The notes beneath the pieces are model-generated. The model worked only from the letters and a program-made list of their open reading frames with translations, ran no database searches and had not been told where the DNA came from. Below are positions 1 through 11,479 of a stretch of DNA of 64,000 bases, piece after piece (positions within the stretch are counted from its first letter, which is position 1; each line of letters begins with the position of its first letter). Made by a program: the position numbers and the translations under genes. Source of the stretch: Stegostoma tigrinum (Eukaryota); assembly GCF_030684315.1 (NCBI RefSeq), contig NC_081362.1, positions 96,145,187 to 96,209,186 of the forward strand, written 5' to 3'.

Positions 1-300
1 TTTGTACAGGACTCAGGCTGCTGGCAGGGAGACTTTAAACCCTGGCGGGAGCTTAGAACATTCAGACAACATTCAGACTCCACGCACAAGTTCCCTATGC
101 TATCCCTGATCGGCCCTACCTTCTCCCTGATCATTCTCTTATTCCTCACGTATGAGTAAAATGCCTTTGGGTTCTCCCTAATCCTTCCTGCCAAGCCTTT
201 GTCCTGTACCCTCCTGGCCCTCCTCAGTCCACTTTTGAGCTCCTTCCGAGCAAGCCTGTAATCCTTGATTTTGTTTATTGATTTTGTTTTTATTTTGAAG

Positions 301-645
301 GTGCAAATGCCCCAGTCCTTTTCCAGTCTCCGACCCTGCAATGTGTCACAGAGGGTCACACTGCCCGACTGCAGTGCACCATGAGTAACGCAGCAGTAAC
401 GCACGTCAATGTTCACTGGTACCAAGGACGACCAGGACTTCGGGCGAAGAGGATTTTGACACATGACCAATGGAATCGGGTGTACAGGTATTCAGGACTC
501 GGTGACCGATTCCAGCCTTCCAAAGACCCCTCCAGTAATAGCTTCATTCTGACCATCACAAACGTGCAGCCCAGTGACACTGGGGTCTATTATTGCTCAG
601 TCTGGGGAAGGATTTATGGGAGAGGAAGCCTGCTCAATATCACCA
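301..645 (+). CDS. Gene A exon: Ig V-type (germline VJ) domain D1; upstream exons lie outside the window
   Basis: Acceptor tattttgaag|G at 300/301, donor A|GTGAGT at 645/646; 345 nt, phase 1-1. Encodes ANAPVLFQSP...RLQC...VHWY...DTGVYYCSVWGRIYGRGSLLNIT: canonical B-strand Cys, C-strand Trp, DxGxYYC and J-like GxG. Confidence 0.92.
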
Positions 646-1789
646 GTGAGTAGAGTTTACATGACAATCACTTCGAGCGAATAGCCCTTGCCCGATGAAT
701 GAATTGAAGAGCAGTTTGTAGGTGTCACTGGCTGGGCCTGCATTTATTGCCCATCCTTAACTGCCCTTGAGAAGGTGGTGCTGAGCTGCCTTTTTGAGCC
801 ACTGCAGACACCCATTGGTTACCATTCCGGATTTTAGTTCAGGCTCCGACACGATCTATTCGGATCCTGCGAAACAATTCTTCATAAGCTATGATCGGAA
901 TTAATGGTGAAGCTTTAATTGGACTGTGAATTCCCCAAGTCCTGATATGGACAAACTTGTCTGGTAAAATTTCACATCTTTATATAATTCTGACCAATAT
1001 AAGTGTTTTAATGAATTTAGACTGTGTGTTCCTCATTCATAAATAATCAGCCATTGGAATTTCATGAGCTAATTTGTAAAATTTCATTCTGATCCTCAGA
1101 TGGAGTGACCAACCGATGGACCACTGTCCATTCCTCATGGCATGGTACTTTGGGCAGACTCTATTTCCTCATTAGCACTTTGTCTTTCAAGCAATAACAC
1201 TCAGGGATTGATTCTGATTCCATTTCTGAGGAGGCTTTTTGGTAAAACTCTCTCAATTCCACATCCATTCATTGCATTTCTGTTTGAGTAGATTTTCTGA
1301 ACGCACCAGACACATTATCTGTACCTTCATTCTTTTCTGTTGTGTTTTTGAAAATTGATTCTGATTGCAGAAACTCCAACCCAAATCAATGTCCGATAGA
1401 TTCCCTGTTCTATGTGTCTAACCCCGTGAACCTGTGATCTAGTCACAACACAGTCAGAAATCATTTGTGGATATTTCTCCCATTTTTCAATCTCTGTTAA
1501 TATCTCCAATGAATATTTTCCCTCCATTAATCCTGCAGAAAATCAAAGAGGACCATCTGGCAGCATCAGTGATTGACTTTTTGATAGTCTCTCTAAATCT
1601 TTATTGCTTTACCTGCTTGATTTGAGGCTGAAGGAAATGGCTTTCCTTTTGAGACTGAATTCTCAGAACCTCACATGTTCTGAATTGACTAAAACTATTT
1701 TTTCACTGATTGTCCAGCCCTTTACTTCTACAAATTGGCTCAAAGGCTGGAAGTGCTGGTGTTGTGGTGGGGGTCGGGGGTTCAAAGTA

Positions 1790-2175
1790 GGTTAACATTA
1801 AGGATCCCGGGGATGAAGGGCTGTCACTTGAGGAGCAGTTGATGCCTCTGGCTCTGTACTTGATGGAGTTTAGAAGGATGACGGGGAATCTGATTGAAAC
1901 AGACTGAGTACTGAGTGGCCTTGATTGAGTGGTCATGGAGAGGATGTTTCCACTAATAGGAGAGACTAGGACCTGAGGGCACAGCCTTGGAGTGAAGGCA
2001 TGACCATTTAGAACTGAGATGAGGAGGAATTTGATCAGTTTCAGGGAGGTGAATCTGTGGAAGACGTTGTGCAGAGACCTGCAGAGTCCAATTCAGTGAG
2101 TGTATTTGAAAGTGATGGTTGCGCTCGATGGGTAAGGATTTCAGGCAAAAAGCAGGAGAATGGGATTGAGAAACT
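1790..2175 (+). mobile_element. CR1 3' fragment
   Basis: ggagtttagaaggatgacggggaatctgattgaaac, typical of the CR1 ORF2 end. Confidence 0.8.
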
Positions 2176-2354
2176 GGTGTAAATTTATTCATCAAGTCCA
2201 AAAGGACTGCGGATGCTGGGTATCAGAAACAAAAACAGAAATTGCTGGAAAAACTCAGCAGATCTGGCAGTATCTGTGGAGAGAAATTAGAGTTAATGTT
2301 TCAGGCCCAGTCACCTTCCTCAGAATTGATTCATTCAACATCTTTCTCTTAAAG

Positions 2355-2696
2355 GTGTAAATGCCCCAGTCCTTCTCCAGTCACCAAGCCTGGAACGTGT
2401 CACCGAGGGTCACACTGCCCGGTTACAGTGTACCATGAGGAACGCCGCAGTGACACATACTGATGTTCACTGGCACCGGGACCAACCAAGGAAAAGCACG
2501 GAGTGGATTTTAACACATGACGTGAGGAACATCACACGGAGCCCACAATTTATGGAGCGATTCCAGTCTTCCAGAGTCTCCAACAATAACAGCTTCATTC
2601 TGACCATCAGAAACGTGCTGCCCATTGACAGTGGGGTCTATTACTGTAAAGTGTGGGGAGATATCAGTGGGAATGGAACCCAACTGACTGTAATGG
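2355..2696 (+). CDS. Gene A exon: Ig V-type (germline VJ) domain D2
   Basis: Acceptor ctcttaaag|G, donor G|GTAAGA; 342 nt, phase 1-1. Encodes VNAPVLLQSP...RLQC...VHWH...DSGVYYCKVWGDISGNGTQLTVM; clear paralog of D1. Confidence 0.92.
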
Positions 2697-3224
2697 GTAA
2701 GACATGTTTATCTTTAATAATCCGACAAAACAACCCCTTCTACATGGATTTATTGGACAGGAGAATGCGTTAAATTTCTTGGTTAAAGAGAAAGCCGAGA
2801 GCTTAATGTAAACATAAAATAGCTTCCTTCTCTTGTTTTACTCACAGGTAGAATAAACGGTTTCTCCTCTTGGATAGTTCCTCAATCTCAATTTTTTTCT
2901 CTTCTCTCAGTCTCTTTACTTCTCCATCTCGTTTGTTCTCAGTGTTGTATTTAACATTCTCCAGTCTCTGTCTGGTTTGGTTCTACTCACTCTTGGGATG
3001 TGGCAACCCCTGGCCGGGCTCGCAATTGTTGTTCATCTCAAATGGCCCTTGAAAGGAAATGTCTTCACCCAGAGAGTGGGGAGTTTGTGGAATGCTGTGC
3101 CACAAGAATCAGATGAGGCTAAAACATTATATGTTTTCAAGAAAGAGTTAGATTTAGTTCTGAGGGTGAAAAGGGGTGAAAGGGTTTGGTGAGAAATGGG
3201 GAACTGGAGACAGAGTTGGATGGT

Positions 3225-3546
3225 CAGTGGCACTGTGACTCAATGTTTAGAATGGCTACCTCCTCGTACCAGAGACCTGGGTTCAAATCCACCCTTGGGT
3301 GACTGTCTGTGTGGAGTTTGCACATTCTCCTTGTATCTCCATGGATTTCCTTCCACAGCCCACAGATGTGCATGTAAGTTGGATTGGCCATGCTAAATTG
3401 TACATAGTTTCCATGGATGTGTAGGCTTGGCAGATTAGCCATGGGAATTGCAGGGAGAGGGTAGTATGAGTCTTGGTGGGGTGCTCTTCAGAGAGCCAGC
3501 ATAGACTTATTGGGTTGAATGACCTGTTTGCAGTGTAGGGATTCTA
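3225..3546 (+). mobile_element. V-SINE (HE1-like), diverged
   Basis: Same head, core and tail as 15374-15693. Confidence 0.85.
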
Positions 3547-4493
3547 TGAGTATGTTGAGTGATGATGCAGGCTGCATGGCCTGCTCCTGGTGCTACTTTC
3601 TATGTTTTGAGAAGGCGGTGGTGATGTGCCTTCATGAGTAGCTATGGTCCCCTTGGCGTTGGGACATTTGATCCAGTAACAGTGAAGGAACAATGCTGAT
3701 ATATTCCCATGTTCGGATGGTGAGTGCCTTTTAGGGGAACCTGAAGGAGGTGTTGCCACATGTACCTACTCTCATTGTCCTTTCAGAGATGAGAGTCTGT
3801 GGGTTCAGAAGATACTTTTGGAGGAGCCTTGATGAGTTACTGAAGGGCATCTTGTCGATGGTACACATTGTGTTCCGGTTTTGAATGTTGAATGCGTTAG
3901 GTATGGTACCAGCCAAGTGGGATGCTTAGTCCTGGATGATGTGGTACTTTTTGAATGCTGTTGGAGCTGTGCCCATCCAGGCACGTGTAGAAGGAGGCAG
4001 TTCAACCCATCTTGTCTGCACTGACTCTTCACATGATCATCATTCCCAACTGCCAATGTCCTGCTTTCTCCCCACAGCCTTGCACTTGTGAGAATACAGA
4101 ATAAGATGTAGCAAAATCGAATCAGAGAGGACGTAGTCAGGGGGCATCAAAAGCTGTTTGAAACTTTCAACCTTTTCCTTCTGGTTTTCGATGAGAATGA
4201 AACTTTTCAGATGGCTGCTCAATCTCTTCCAATTACTCAGTTGTGAACATTGTGAAATTACCTTCTCAATAGTTTATTCTGTGACAGGATCCTGCACAGA
4301 ATGAATCAAAGCAGCAAATTGGAAAGCATTCAGCTGGTGGATATTTTTCAAATCATTTCCTCTCAAATCACAAACATCAATAACCACACAGGACGCTTCA
4401 TTTGATCTTCTACAAATCATCAGCTAACCTGAAGGAGATTTTATAAAATGCTACAATTCAAGTTAACCTATTTTTCCTCTTTGAAATGAACAG

Positions 4494-4841
4494 ATCCATT
4501 GGCTGATCCAGTCCTCATTCAGTATCCAGTGGCCAGCAAGGTACCAGAGGGTGAAACTGTCGAGTTCCAGTGTGTCATGTACCATGCCAGTGTGAATGAC
4601 ACTGATGTCCACTGGCACTACAAGCGACCTGGCAGCAACAGGGAGTGGGTGATAAGCCAGTTTGTGAATGGCACCTTCACCAAGGCCCAGGGTTTCCATG
4701 ATCATGTTCATGTTTCCAGGAATGTCAGCAGGAACAGTTACATTCTGCGCCTTGTGAATGTGACTCTCAATGATAGTGCTGTGTACCGCTGCAGTGTGTG
4801 GAGCTACATCGATGGAGCAGGGAGCCAGCTCAATGTAACTG
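4494..4841 (+). CDS. Gene A exon: membrane-proximal Ig V-type (germline VJ) domain D3
   Basis: Acceptor gaacag|AT after a pyrimidine tract, donor G|GTAAGA; 348 nt, phase 1-1. Encodes PLADPVLIQYP...EFQC...VHWH...DSAVYRCSVWSYIDGAGSQLNVT. Confidence 0.92.
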
Positions 4842-5380
4842 GTAAGACAATGGGAGGGAACGCTGGTGTGAACAGGGAAGGGAGCACACAGCTGCTGTGC
4901 TTCATCAGTGGAGGGGCAGAATGGTCATCGAGGCCAGGTATTCCCAAGGCAGGATGGGGAGAGGCGTGGAGGGGAGGTTGTAGCCAGTGGGGTCCCTTGT
5001 AGCTGCAGCACTTGTCCTTCAGAATGGAGGAGAATGAGGGTTTGTGAGGTGCTATCTGAGGAACTTTGCTGAATTTCAGCAGCGTATCTTGTAGTTAATA
5101 CAAAGTAGAGTGTCAGTGGTGGAGTGATTGGATGCTTGTGGCCACGGTGCCAGTCACCTGCGCTACATTTTCCTGGATTGTATCAATCTTCTTAAGGGTT
5201 GCTGGAGCAGCACTAACCAGGCAAGTGGGGAATATTACATCCCACTCCTGACTTGTACCTTCTGAACAGTCAATAGGCTTTGGGGAGTGTGGAGGGTATT
5301 TTTGTCCCTGAGGATCTCAAAAATAATATCAACATTAGTGATTGACGTGACTGAGTGTGTAACAATCTGATATTTTACAG

Positions 5381-5531
5381 AAAAATCTTCCCATGGCGTT
5401 CCCTGGATTTCAGACCCCAGTTTAATCATTGGCACCATTCTGAGCTTCATTGTCTTGATCTGCATTGTCCTGCTCACAGTCTTCCTTCATAAACAAAAGC
5501 TGTGTTTATCAGTAAAGGACTCCACTCAATG
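5381..5531 (+). CDS. Gene A transmembrane exon (no charged TM residue)
   Basis: Acceptor tattttacag|AA, donor TG|GTAAAT; phase 1-2. Encodes EKSSHGVPWISDPS-LIIGTILSFIVLICIVLLTVFL-HKQKLCLSVKDSTQ: 22-aa hydrophobic span plus a basic stop-transfer signal. Confidence 0.88.
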
Positions 5532-6479
5532 GTAAATCTCAGTTCATCTTGGGTTTGATTCTGTCACTGCACAGTTATTGTTTTCAGTAAGTGCTGATAT
5601 TCCCACTGCAGCTTACAGAACCATTGAGATTGGGGGATCAGTGACTGTTGAGACCATCCCACACGTCCAGATGCCCAATCACTTCCAATTTGCTCCATTT
5701 CTGGTAACACACACCCTCCAGCGCCAGGCCACAGGCACCTGCTGGAAACAGTAAGAAATCTTTGAATGGACCAAGCATTAGACATCACCAGCAGGGATCC
5801 CCTGTACCTATTGGATTATTACCCACCAAGCCCAGTTTCAGGGTCCGCCTTTGTGCTGGTCGCTCACTGGCAGTGCAGCACCTCCTGATGGGAATACCAT
5901 GCGAATACCAGACCACTCGGCCCAGAATGCTGTGATGGCCTTTTACTTCCACATCAGCCGAAAATGCAAATCACATTTCCCTGATAATAAGAACTGCCGA
6001 CGGTCCATTTCTGAAGAAGGGTCCTGACCGGAAACGACAGCTTTCCTGCTCCTCTGATGCTGCTTGGACTGCTGTGTTCATCCAGCTCTACACCTTGTTA
6101 TCTCACATTTCCCTGCCCTGTTTCCTGACTCTTCACAATCCTCTCCAATGGAATCCTGAATGTTGACATTGATTCTCCACCTGCCATTAATCTGTCATGG
6201 CTCACAGAGCCTCCCCATCCTCTGGGTGAAGTGGTTTCTGGAACTTATGGACTTGATCTTTTTTGCTGTGTTTTGTATCCATGATCCCTCATTCTTCACC
6301 ACCTCAATAGCCTGTTTCATCTTGTTCATTGGCCCTTGAAAGGGTTTTGAATCCATTGATCATCGTCCTGCAAACTGGCTACTTACAAAGACACAAAGAC
6401 AGTCTGAAGTTTTTCCTTGTTTCTGTGTTTGCTTCTCCCAGGAAGCATCCCACTGAGCTGGTGACTATGACACAGGAGA

Positions 6480-7010
6480 AACAGTGACAGGAGTTGGCCA
6501 TTCGGCCCCTCAAGTCTTCTTTGCAATTCAATATGCTCATGACTGATTCAACATTCCTCACGTCCACTTTCCTGCCTTCCTCTGTAGCCCTCGATTTCCC
6601 AATTGACCAAGAACCTGTTGACATTTGCCTTTCAATCTGAAGGGCTCTGTCCCATAGCTCTCTGTGGCAAGGAGTTCCAACAGCTCACATTCCCTTGAGA
6701 GAAGAAATTCCTCCTCATTTCAGACTTAAATCACATTCCTTTTTTCCTGTGACGATGGCCTCTAACCCCAGACTCTCCCATGATCCTCTCCCAGTTTGCC
6801 CTGTCAAAGCCCCTTAAGAATCCTGTTTGTTGCAATGAGATCACAACTCATTCTTCTAAACTCCTGGGAGTAGAGTCCCAACTTGTTTAGCCTTTGCTCA
6901 AAAGACAATCGCTCTGCACCAGAGACCACCCCAGTGAGCCTTCTTTGAACTGTCTCTGTTAAATCATAGCTTTTAATAAGCAGGAACAAAAACAGCTGTC
7001 CGCACTGCAC
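6480..7010 (-). mobile_element. CR1 3' fragment
   Basis: ORF 6804-7010: VQRRLTG...LGLYSQEFRRM. Confidence 0.8.
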
Positions 7011-7926
7011 ATGTGCAGTTGCCTCCTTCAGTCTTCACAGCGACGTAACCTTGAAGAGGAGAGCCCTCTCAGTGTCTGGAGAGATGATGGAATGTTCATT
7101 CTGAGCAAAGGACTCATAGGCCCAGAATATCTTAACTAACATTCAAAAGATAAAGACTATTGCTTCCTCCTGATGCTGTAATTGTTACCTTTGACTTTGT
7201 GAAGATTGTTTGAATCTAGCAGTGAGTGTAAATCCAACGAGAAGTTGAAGCATTGTCTGAGCATAGGGAGCCCACCGGAACCCCGTATCCAGCTGAGTCT
7301 AGCTACTATTCTCCATGACCCTCCAGCACAGGATGCAGTACCGTTTTACTAGAGAGACACTCAAACAGAATTGAAATGTTTCTGATTCACCATGAGCTCT
7401 GTGTTCTTGTGACACCCATATCAATCTGTCTTCTGTCTCCAAACGTGAGTTAGTTTCATGTTGTGTGTGGGATATGGGCATCAGTGGCTGGGCCCAGCAA
7501 TTATTATCTATCCCTAGTTGCCCTGGAGATGCTGCCGGTGAGCTACCTTCTTGAACCTCTGCAGTCCAGTGCACATGCTGTGTTTATTGAGTTGGGATGG
7601 AAAGAGTGAATTTCTCAAATCATCAGCTCCTAATATGAGCTGCAGAACGGGGTCTCGATTGGGAACCAGAGACTCGTGATTTCTCCTTGTCCCAAAAACA
7701 AACCACTTTCTCCCAGTGCTCCCGGCTGGGACATCCTTTCTGAATCTGTGGGATAAGACAGATAAAACTGATTCAACCTGTAAATACTTTTCTAAATAAT
7801 TGGTTTATTGATGTTAAAACATGTGACATTTACAGATTAGTACAGTTTGAAACTTATGTAAATCAGAAGCTGAAGTCAGCTCTCTTTCTGAAAGACAGAG
7901 GGTTAATCCTTCATTACTCTTAAACA

Positions 7927-8173
7927 AGGCACAGTGGCTCAGTGGTTCGCACTGCTGGTTCACAGTGCCAGAGACCTGGATTTGATTCCATCCTTTGGCA
8001 ACTGTCTGTGTGGAACTTGCATGTTCTCCCCGTGTCTGCATAGGCTTCCTCCCACAGTCCAAAGGTGTGCAGGCTAGGTGGCTTGCCTGTAGTGTCTGGG
8101 GGTGGGATACTCTGAGGGTCGGTGTGGACATGTTGGGACAAAGGGCCTCTTTCTATTCTGTCAGGATTCTATG
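7927..8173 (+). mobile_element. V-SINE (HE1-like), internally deleted
   Basis: Head ggcacagtggctcagtgg plus V core. Confidence 0.85.
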
Positions 8174-8422
8174 ACACTCTCTGTTGTGGTCAAGTTGCTG
8201 GGAAATGTTTGGATTCATTGTTATTTTTAAATCGACTTGTTCTGATGCACCCTTTGCGGCAGCTGGGATTTGAATCCAGACAATCATTCTTTTCATCTTT
8301 AAGCATGGTTGAAAAGATCGTAGTGAATGTTGTAAAACCCATGAGCACTGAGAGTGTGAAAAACTCAGTCTTATTGTTGTGTGGTAAATGTGTAAAATGT
8401 CTAATGTGTGGCATTTATTTAG

Positions 8423-8466
8423 GAGCCCTGTTGAAGATCAGGATGCTGTGTATGCAACAGTAAATG
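8423..8466 (+). CDS. Gene A cytoplasmic exon 1 with ITIM-like AVYATV
   Basis: Acceptor tttatttag|G, donor G|GTAAGC; 44 nt, phase 2-1, matching the TM exon. Encodes (W)SPVEDQDAVYATVN. Confidence 0.75.
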
Positions 8467-8846
8467 GTAAGCAAGTTAGCTTATGTTTAGAGCATGTCAT
8501 TTTCTGGTTAACGCAATTTATATTCGCACATATTCACTGGAGATATATTCTTTAACAATGGAACTTGCGTATACAACACAACAATCAGAAAGCAAACCAA
8601 AACATGCTACGTCTCCATATTTATTACAGTGAGAAGAACCTTAACACACTCATTAATACAATGTTTTATCCACATTCCCATCACTCTCCATCACAGAGAC
8701 AAAAGTCTACAGAAATTACACTCCACTCTAAATCTTTCATTCTTCCAATGAACTGACACCTGCTCATTTCTTTGTTTGAACAATCAAAACCATTCCACGA
8801 CTTTTCTCTGAATCCAGTTGCATGGATCTATCACTATTCCAATGGC

Positions 8847-9190
8847 AGGTGTTTCTGGAATAAATAGGGAGAGAGGAGGAGGCGGACTGAAGATGGAGAG
8901 AAAAGAAGATAGGTGGAGAGGAGAGTATAGGTGGGGAGGTAGGGAGGGGATAGGTCAGTCCAGGGAAGACAGACAGGTCAAGGATGTGGGATGAGGTTAG
9001 TAGGTAGGAAATGGAGGTGCGGCTTGGGGTGGGAGGAAGGGATGGGTGAGAGGAAGAACAGGTTAGGGAGGCAGAGACAGGCTGGGCTGGTTTTGGGATA
9101 CAGTGGGTGGAGGGGAAGAGCTGGGCTAGTTGTGTGATGCAGTGGGGGGAGGGGATGAAATGGGCTGGTTTTGGGATGTGGTGGGGGCTG
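8847..9190 (-). mobile_element. Penelope-like fragment in a gene A intron
   Basis: Matches 36447-36780; flanked by the direct repeat TTCCAATGGC (8837-8846, 9191-9200). Confidence 0.85.
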
Positions 9191-9588
9191 TTCCAATGGC
9201 TTAGCTTTTTCTCAATTTGAACAACCTGAAGATTCCTGTCTCAAATTTACCCTGCTCGGAAAACTTCGCAAACATTGCTGTTGTGGAGGTTGGATTCCGC
9301 TCCACTGAAAATTCCAGATGGCAAAGAAGTTCAAACTTCATCCTGAATTCAACTCTTAATTATTTTCAACTTAACCATATTAGATCTTTGAAATTGCGGT
9401 GCTCTCCATGTGATAAGTTTGTCTGATTGATGTGATAGACGTTATAATAGAGGAGTACCCAGAATTCACATTCCGCTAGACCAGACCAAAGTGATTCTGG
9501 CATTTTGACCTCACTACCCTTCCCAGTTCAAAGATCTCACTTGTGACTTGGCTCCATTCTGAAGAGGTGTCATTGCATTTTCTTGCAG

Positions 9589-9632
9589 ATCGAACACACA
9601 GCAGTGACCAAGCAGCTGTTCCTCCTGTTGTG
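9589..9632 (+). CDS. Gene A cytoplasmic exon 2
   Basis: Acceptor ttttcttgcag|AT, donor GTG|GTAAGG; 44 nt, phase 1-0. Encodes DRTHSSDQAAVPPVV and bridges the phases of the neighbouring exons. Confidence 0.75.
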
Positions 9633-10339
9633 GTAAGGAAATGGGACATCACTGTGGGTTTTTGCTGCATTTTTAACACCAGGGCTTTGAGAAACATGAG
9701 CCACATCTGGGATGAACTTCAGAATCACCAGAATAATTACAAAGCATAAATCATAACAAACAGAAATTCTCTGTTCCACAACAGGCTCTGAATGAAAATA
9801 ATCAAAGAGAGATCGATCGCTTGCTTCTTTTGAAACTTGCAACAAGTTGCAAGGACAGAAATGTCCCCAAACTTCTAGTGCCTGGGAAATGCTCCTACAC
9901 TTTGTGGGATTGTGATCACAGACAGTATGCCCGAGGGATGGGCGTTCCTCCTAATGGTTTGTTCAATTTCAGGGGATCCTCCGAGGTCTGAGATTAAGAA
10001 GGGAAAATGAACCACAGCCTGCTCCTGACTCAGGCAATATGGCTGCAGTTTAATCTCAGCCCCTTCCTTCACTATCCCCAATGTTCTTCATTCCCTCAGT
10101 ATCCAAGCAATTCCTTTTTGGAGTCTTTGAGGAGCTGAAACCCTCAACATGCCCTGGGTCAGGAAGATTCAATCTTTGCTTTGCTCCAAATGAGCTGTCT
10201 GCAGCTGGGGGAGAGAGGAGCTTGGCTTCATCGACCTTAACACCCAAGATGATGAAGGGAGAATGAGCCAGAATTGCAGCTTTTCCCTAGTGGATCATGA
10301 TCCAGGCATCCTTTGATACCAGGCAGGAGTCAGTAACGA

Positions 10340-10660
10340 CCCTCTTGCTGCTCAATCGGATGAGTGGTAATTCTAGCCTCACTGCATAGATTTGAGCACA
10401 GATTTTAGGCTGAATATCCAGTGCAGTACTGAGTGTGTGCTGCAGTGTAAAAGCTGCCACTCTTTTGGATGAAGAATGAAATCCTGATCCTCTCTGCTGC
10501 CTTGGATGGATGTAGCACATCCCAGGGCATTGCTTTGGCAGAGAGCCGAGAGATTCTACTGAACTCTCTGAGTGATGTGTGTCTCTTCCCCAACAATCAT
10601 CAGAATGGAGCATCTGCTCAGTGCTGCTGCTGGGATCTTGCTGTGTATAAATGAACAACT
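10340..10660 (+). mobile_element. Ancient Deu-domain SINE (SacSINE/AmnSINE-like)
   Basis: ttgagcacag...taggctga...ccagtgcagtactgagtgtgtgctgcagtgt...ttttggatga resembles the Deu-domain consensus as recalled. Confidence 0.65.
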
Positions 10661-10709
10661 CCTGGTATTTCTGAGAAAAATAATGAGTGATGTTTCTGTT
10701 TGATTCCAG

Positions 10710-10832
10710 CTGGCTGAAGGGGAATGTCATTATGCTGAGGTTCACTTTCACCCACAAGGAGCCAACCGGCCGACAGTGACAGCTGCTGAAAGTAACTCGG
10801 AGTACGCAGTTGTAAAACGGGCAAGAAACTGA
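10710..10832 (+). CDS. Gene A terminal coding exon with tandem ITIM-like motifs (CHYAEV, SEYAVV)
   Basis: Acceptor tgtttgattccag|C, phase 0. Encodes LAEGECHYAEVHFHPQGANRPTVTAAESNSEYAVVKRARN followed by TGA at 10830-10832. Confidence 0.82.
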   Translation: MAEGECHYAEVHFHPQGANRPTVTAAESNSEYAVVKRARN

Positions 10833-10965
10833 AGTTCGACAAGACCCTTTCAGTCTGCAGCAAAGAGCAGTCAACAGCAACTCACTTGAACAGAACCATC
10901 TCGGCTTCTTCGCATTCACCCAGATTCAGGCTTCCTCACCAACAACTGTCCCATGTCCATATATT

Positions 10966-11168
10966 CCCAGACCCTGAGATTACTGAGTACTCAGGCCCTC
11001 CCAGACCCTGAGATTACTGGGCACTCAGACCCTCCCAGGCCCTGAGATTACTGGGCACTCAGACCCTCCCAGACCCTGAGATTATTGGGCACTCAGGCTC
11101 TCCCAGACCCTGAGATTACTGGGCACTCAGACCCTCCCAGACCCTGAGATTACTGGGCACTCAGACCC
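10966..11168 (+). repeat. 34-bp tandem repeat, six copies, in the presumed 3'UTR of gene A
   Basis: Unit CCCAGACCCTGAGATTACTGGGCACTCAGACCCT starting at 10966, 11000, 11034, 11068, 11102 and 11136. Confidence 0.95.
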
Positions 11169-11479
11169 ACTCAGACAGTGTGCAGCTCAGCATGGGAGTG
11201 GAAGGTGCAGACTCTGACTGAGATTATTTGGATCACACTGACCTCTGCTGCTACCTCTAGCATTGTGCAGATCAACAACAGGGTCATTGTGGGAACTGCT
11301 TGAATTCCGAGTTTCCTCCAGGCCAGCCCATCCTGATTCGGAATTTCAGCCTTTCCTTCGTAAGCACTGGGTCTGGATTTAGGAATTCCTCAGTAAAAAG
11401 CCAGCTCTGGGCCAATGGACAAAGCTGACCTTGATTGGGATGAAGGGAATGGGGGTAGTTTACTGATTTGGACAGAGAA

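Noticed and set aside
7327-7444. Extra gene A exon ending at the strong donor AAC|GTGAGT
   Set aside because: The only open frame is not phase-compatible with the flanking exons and carries no recognisable motif.
10287-10919. 210-aa minus-strand ORF
   Set aside because: Antisense to the gene A terminal exon and a SINE relic; no recognisable domain.
10966-11168. CRISPR-like array (34-bp repeats)
   Set aside because: Units are head-to-tail with no unique spacers, and the context is vertebrate.
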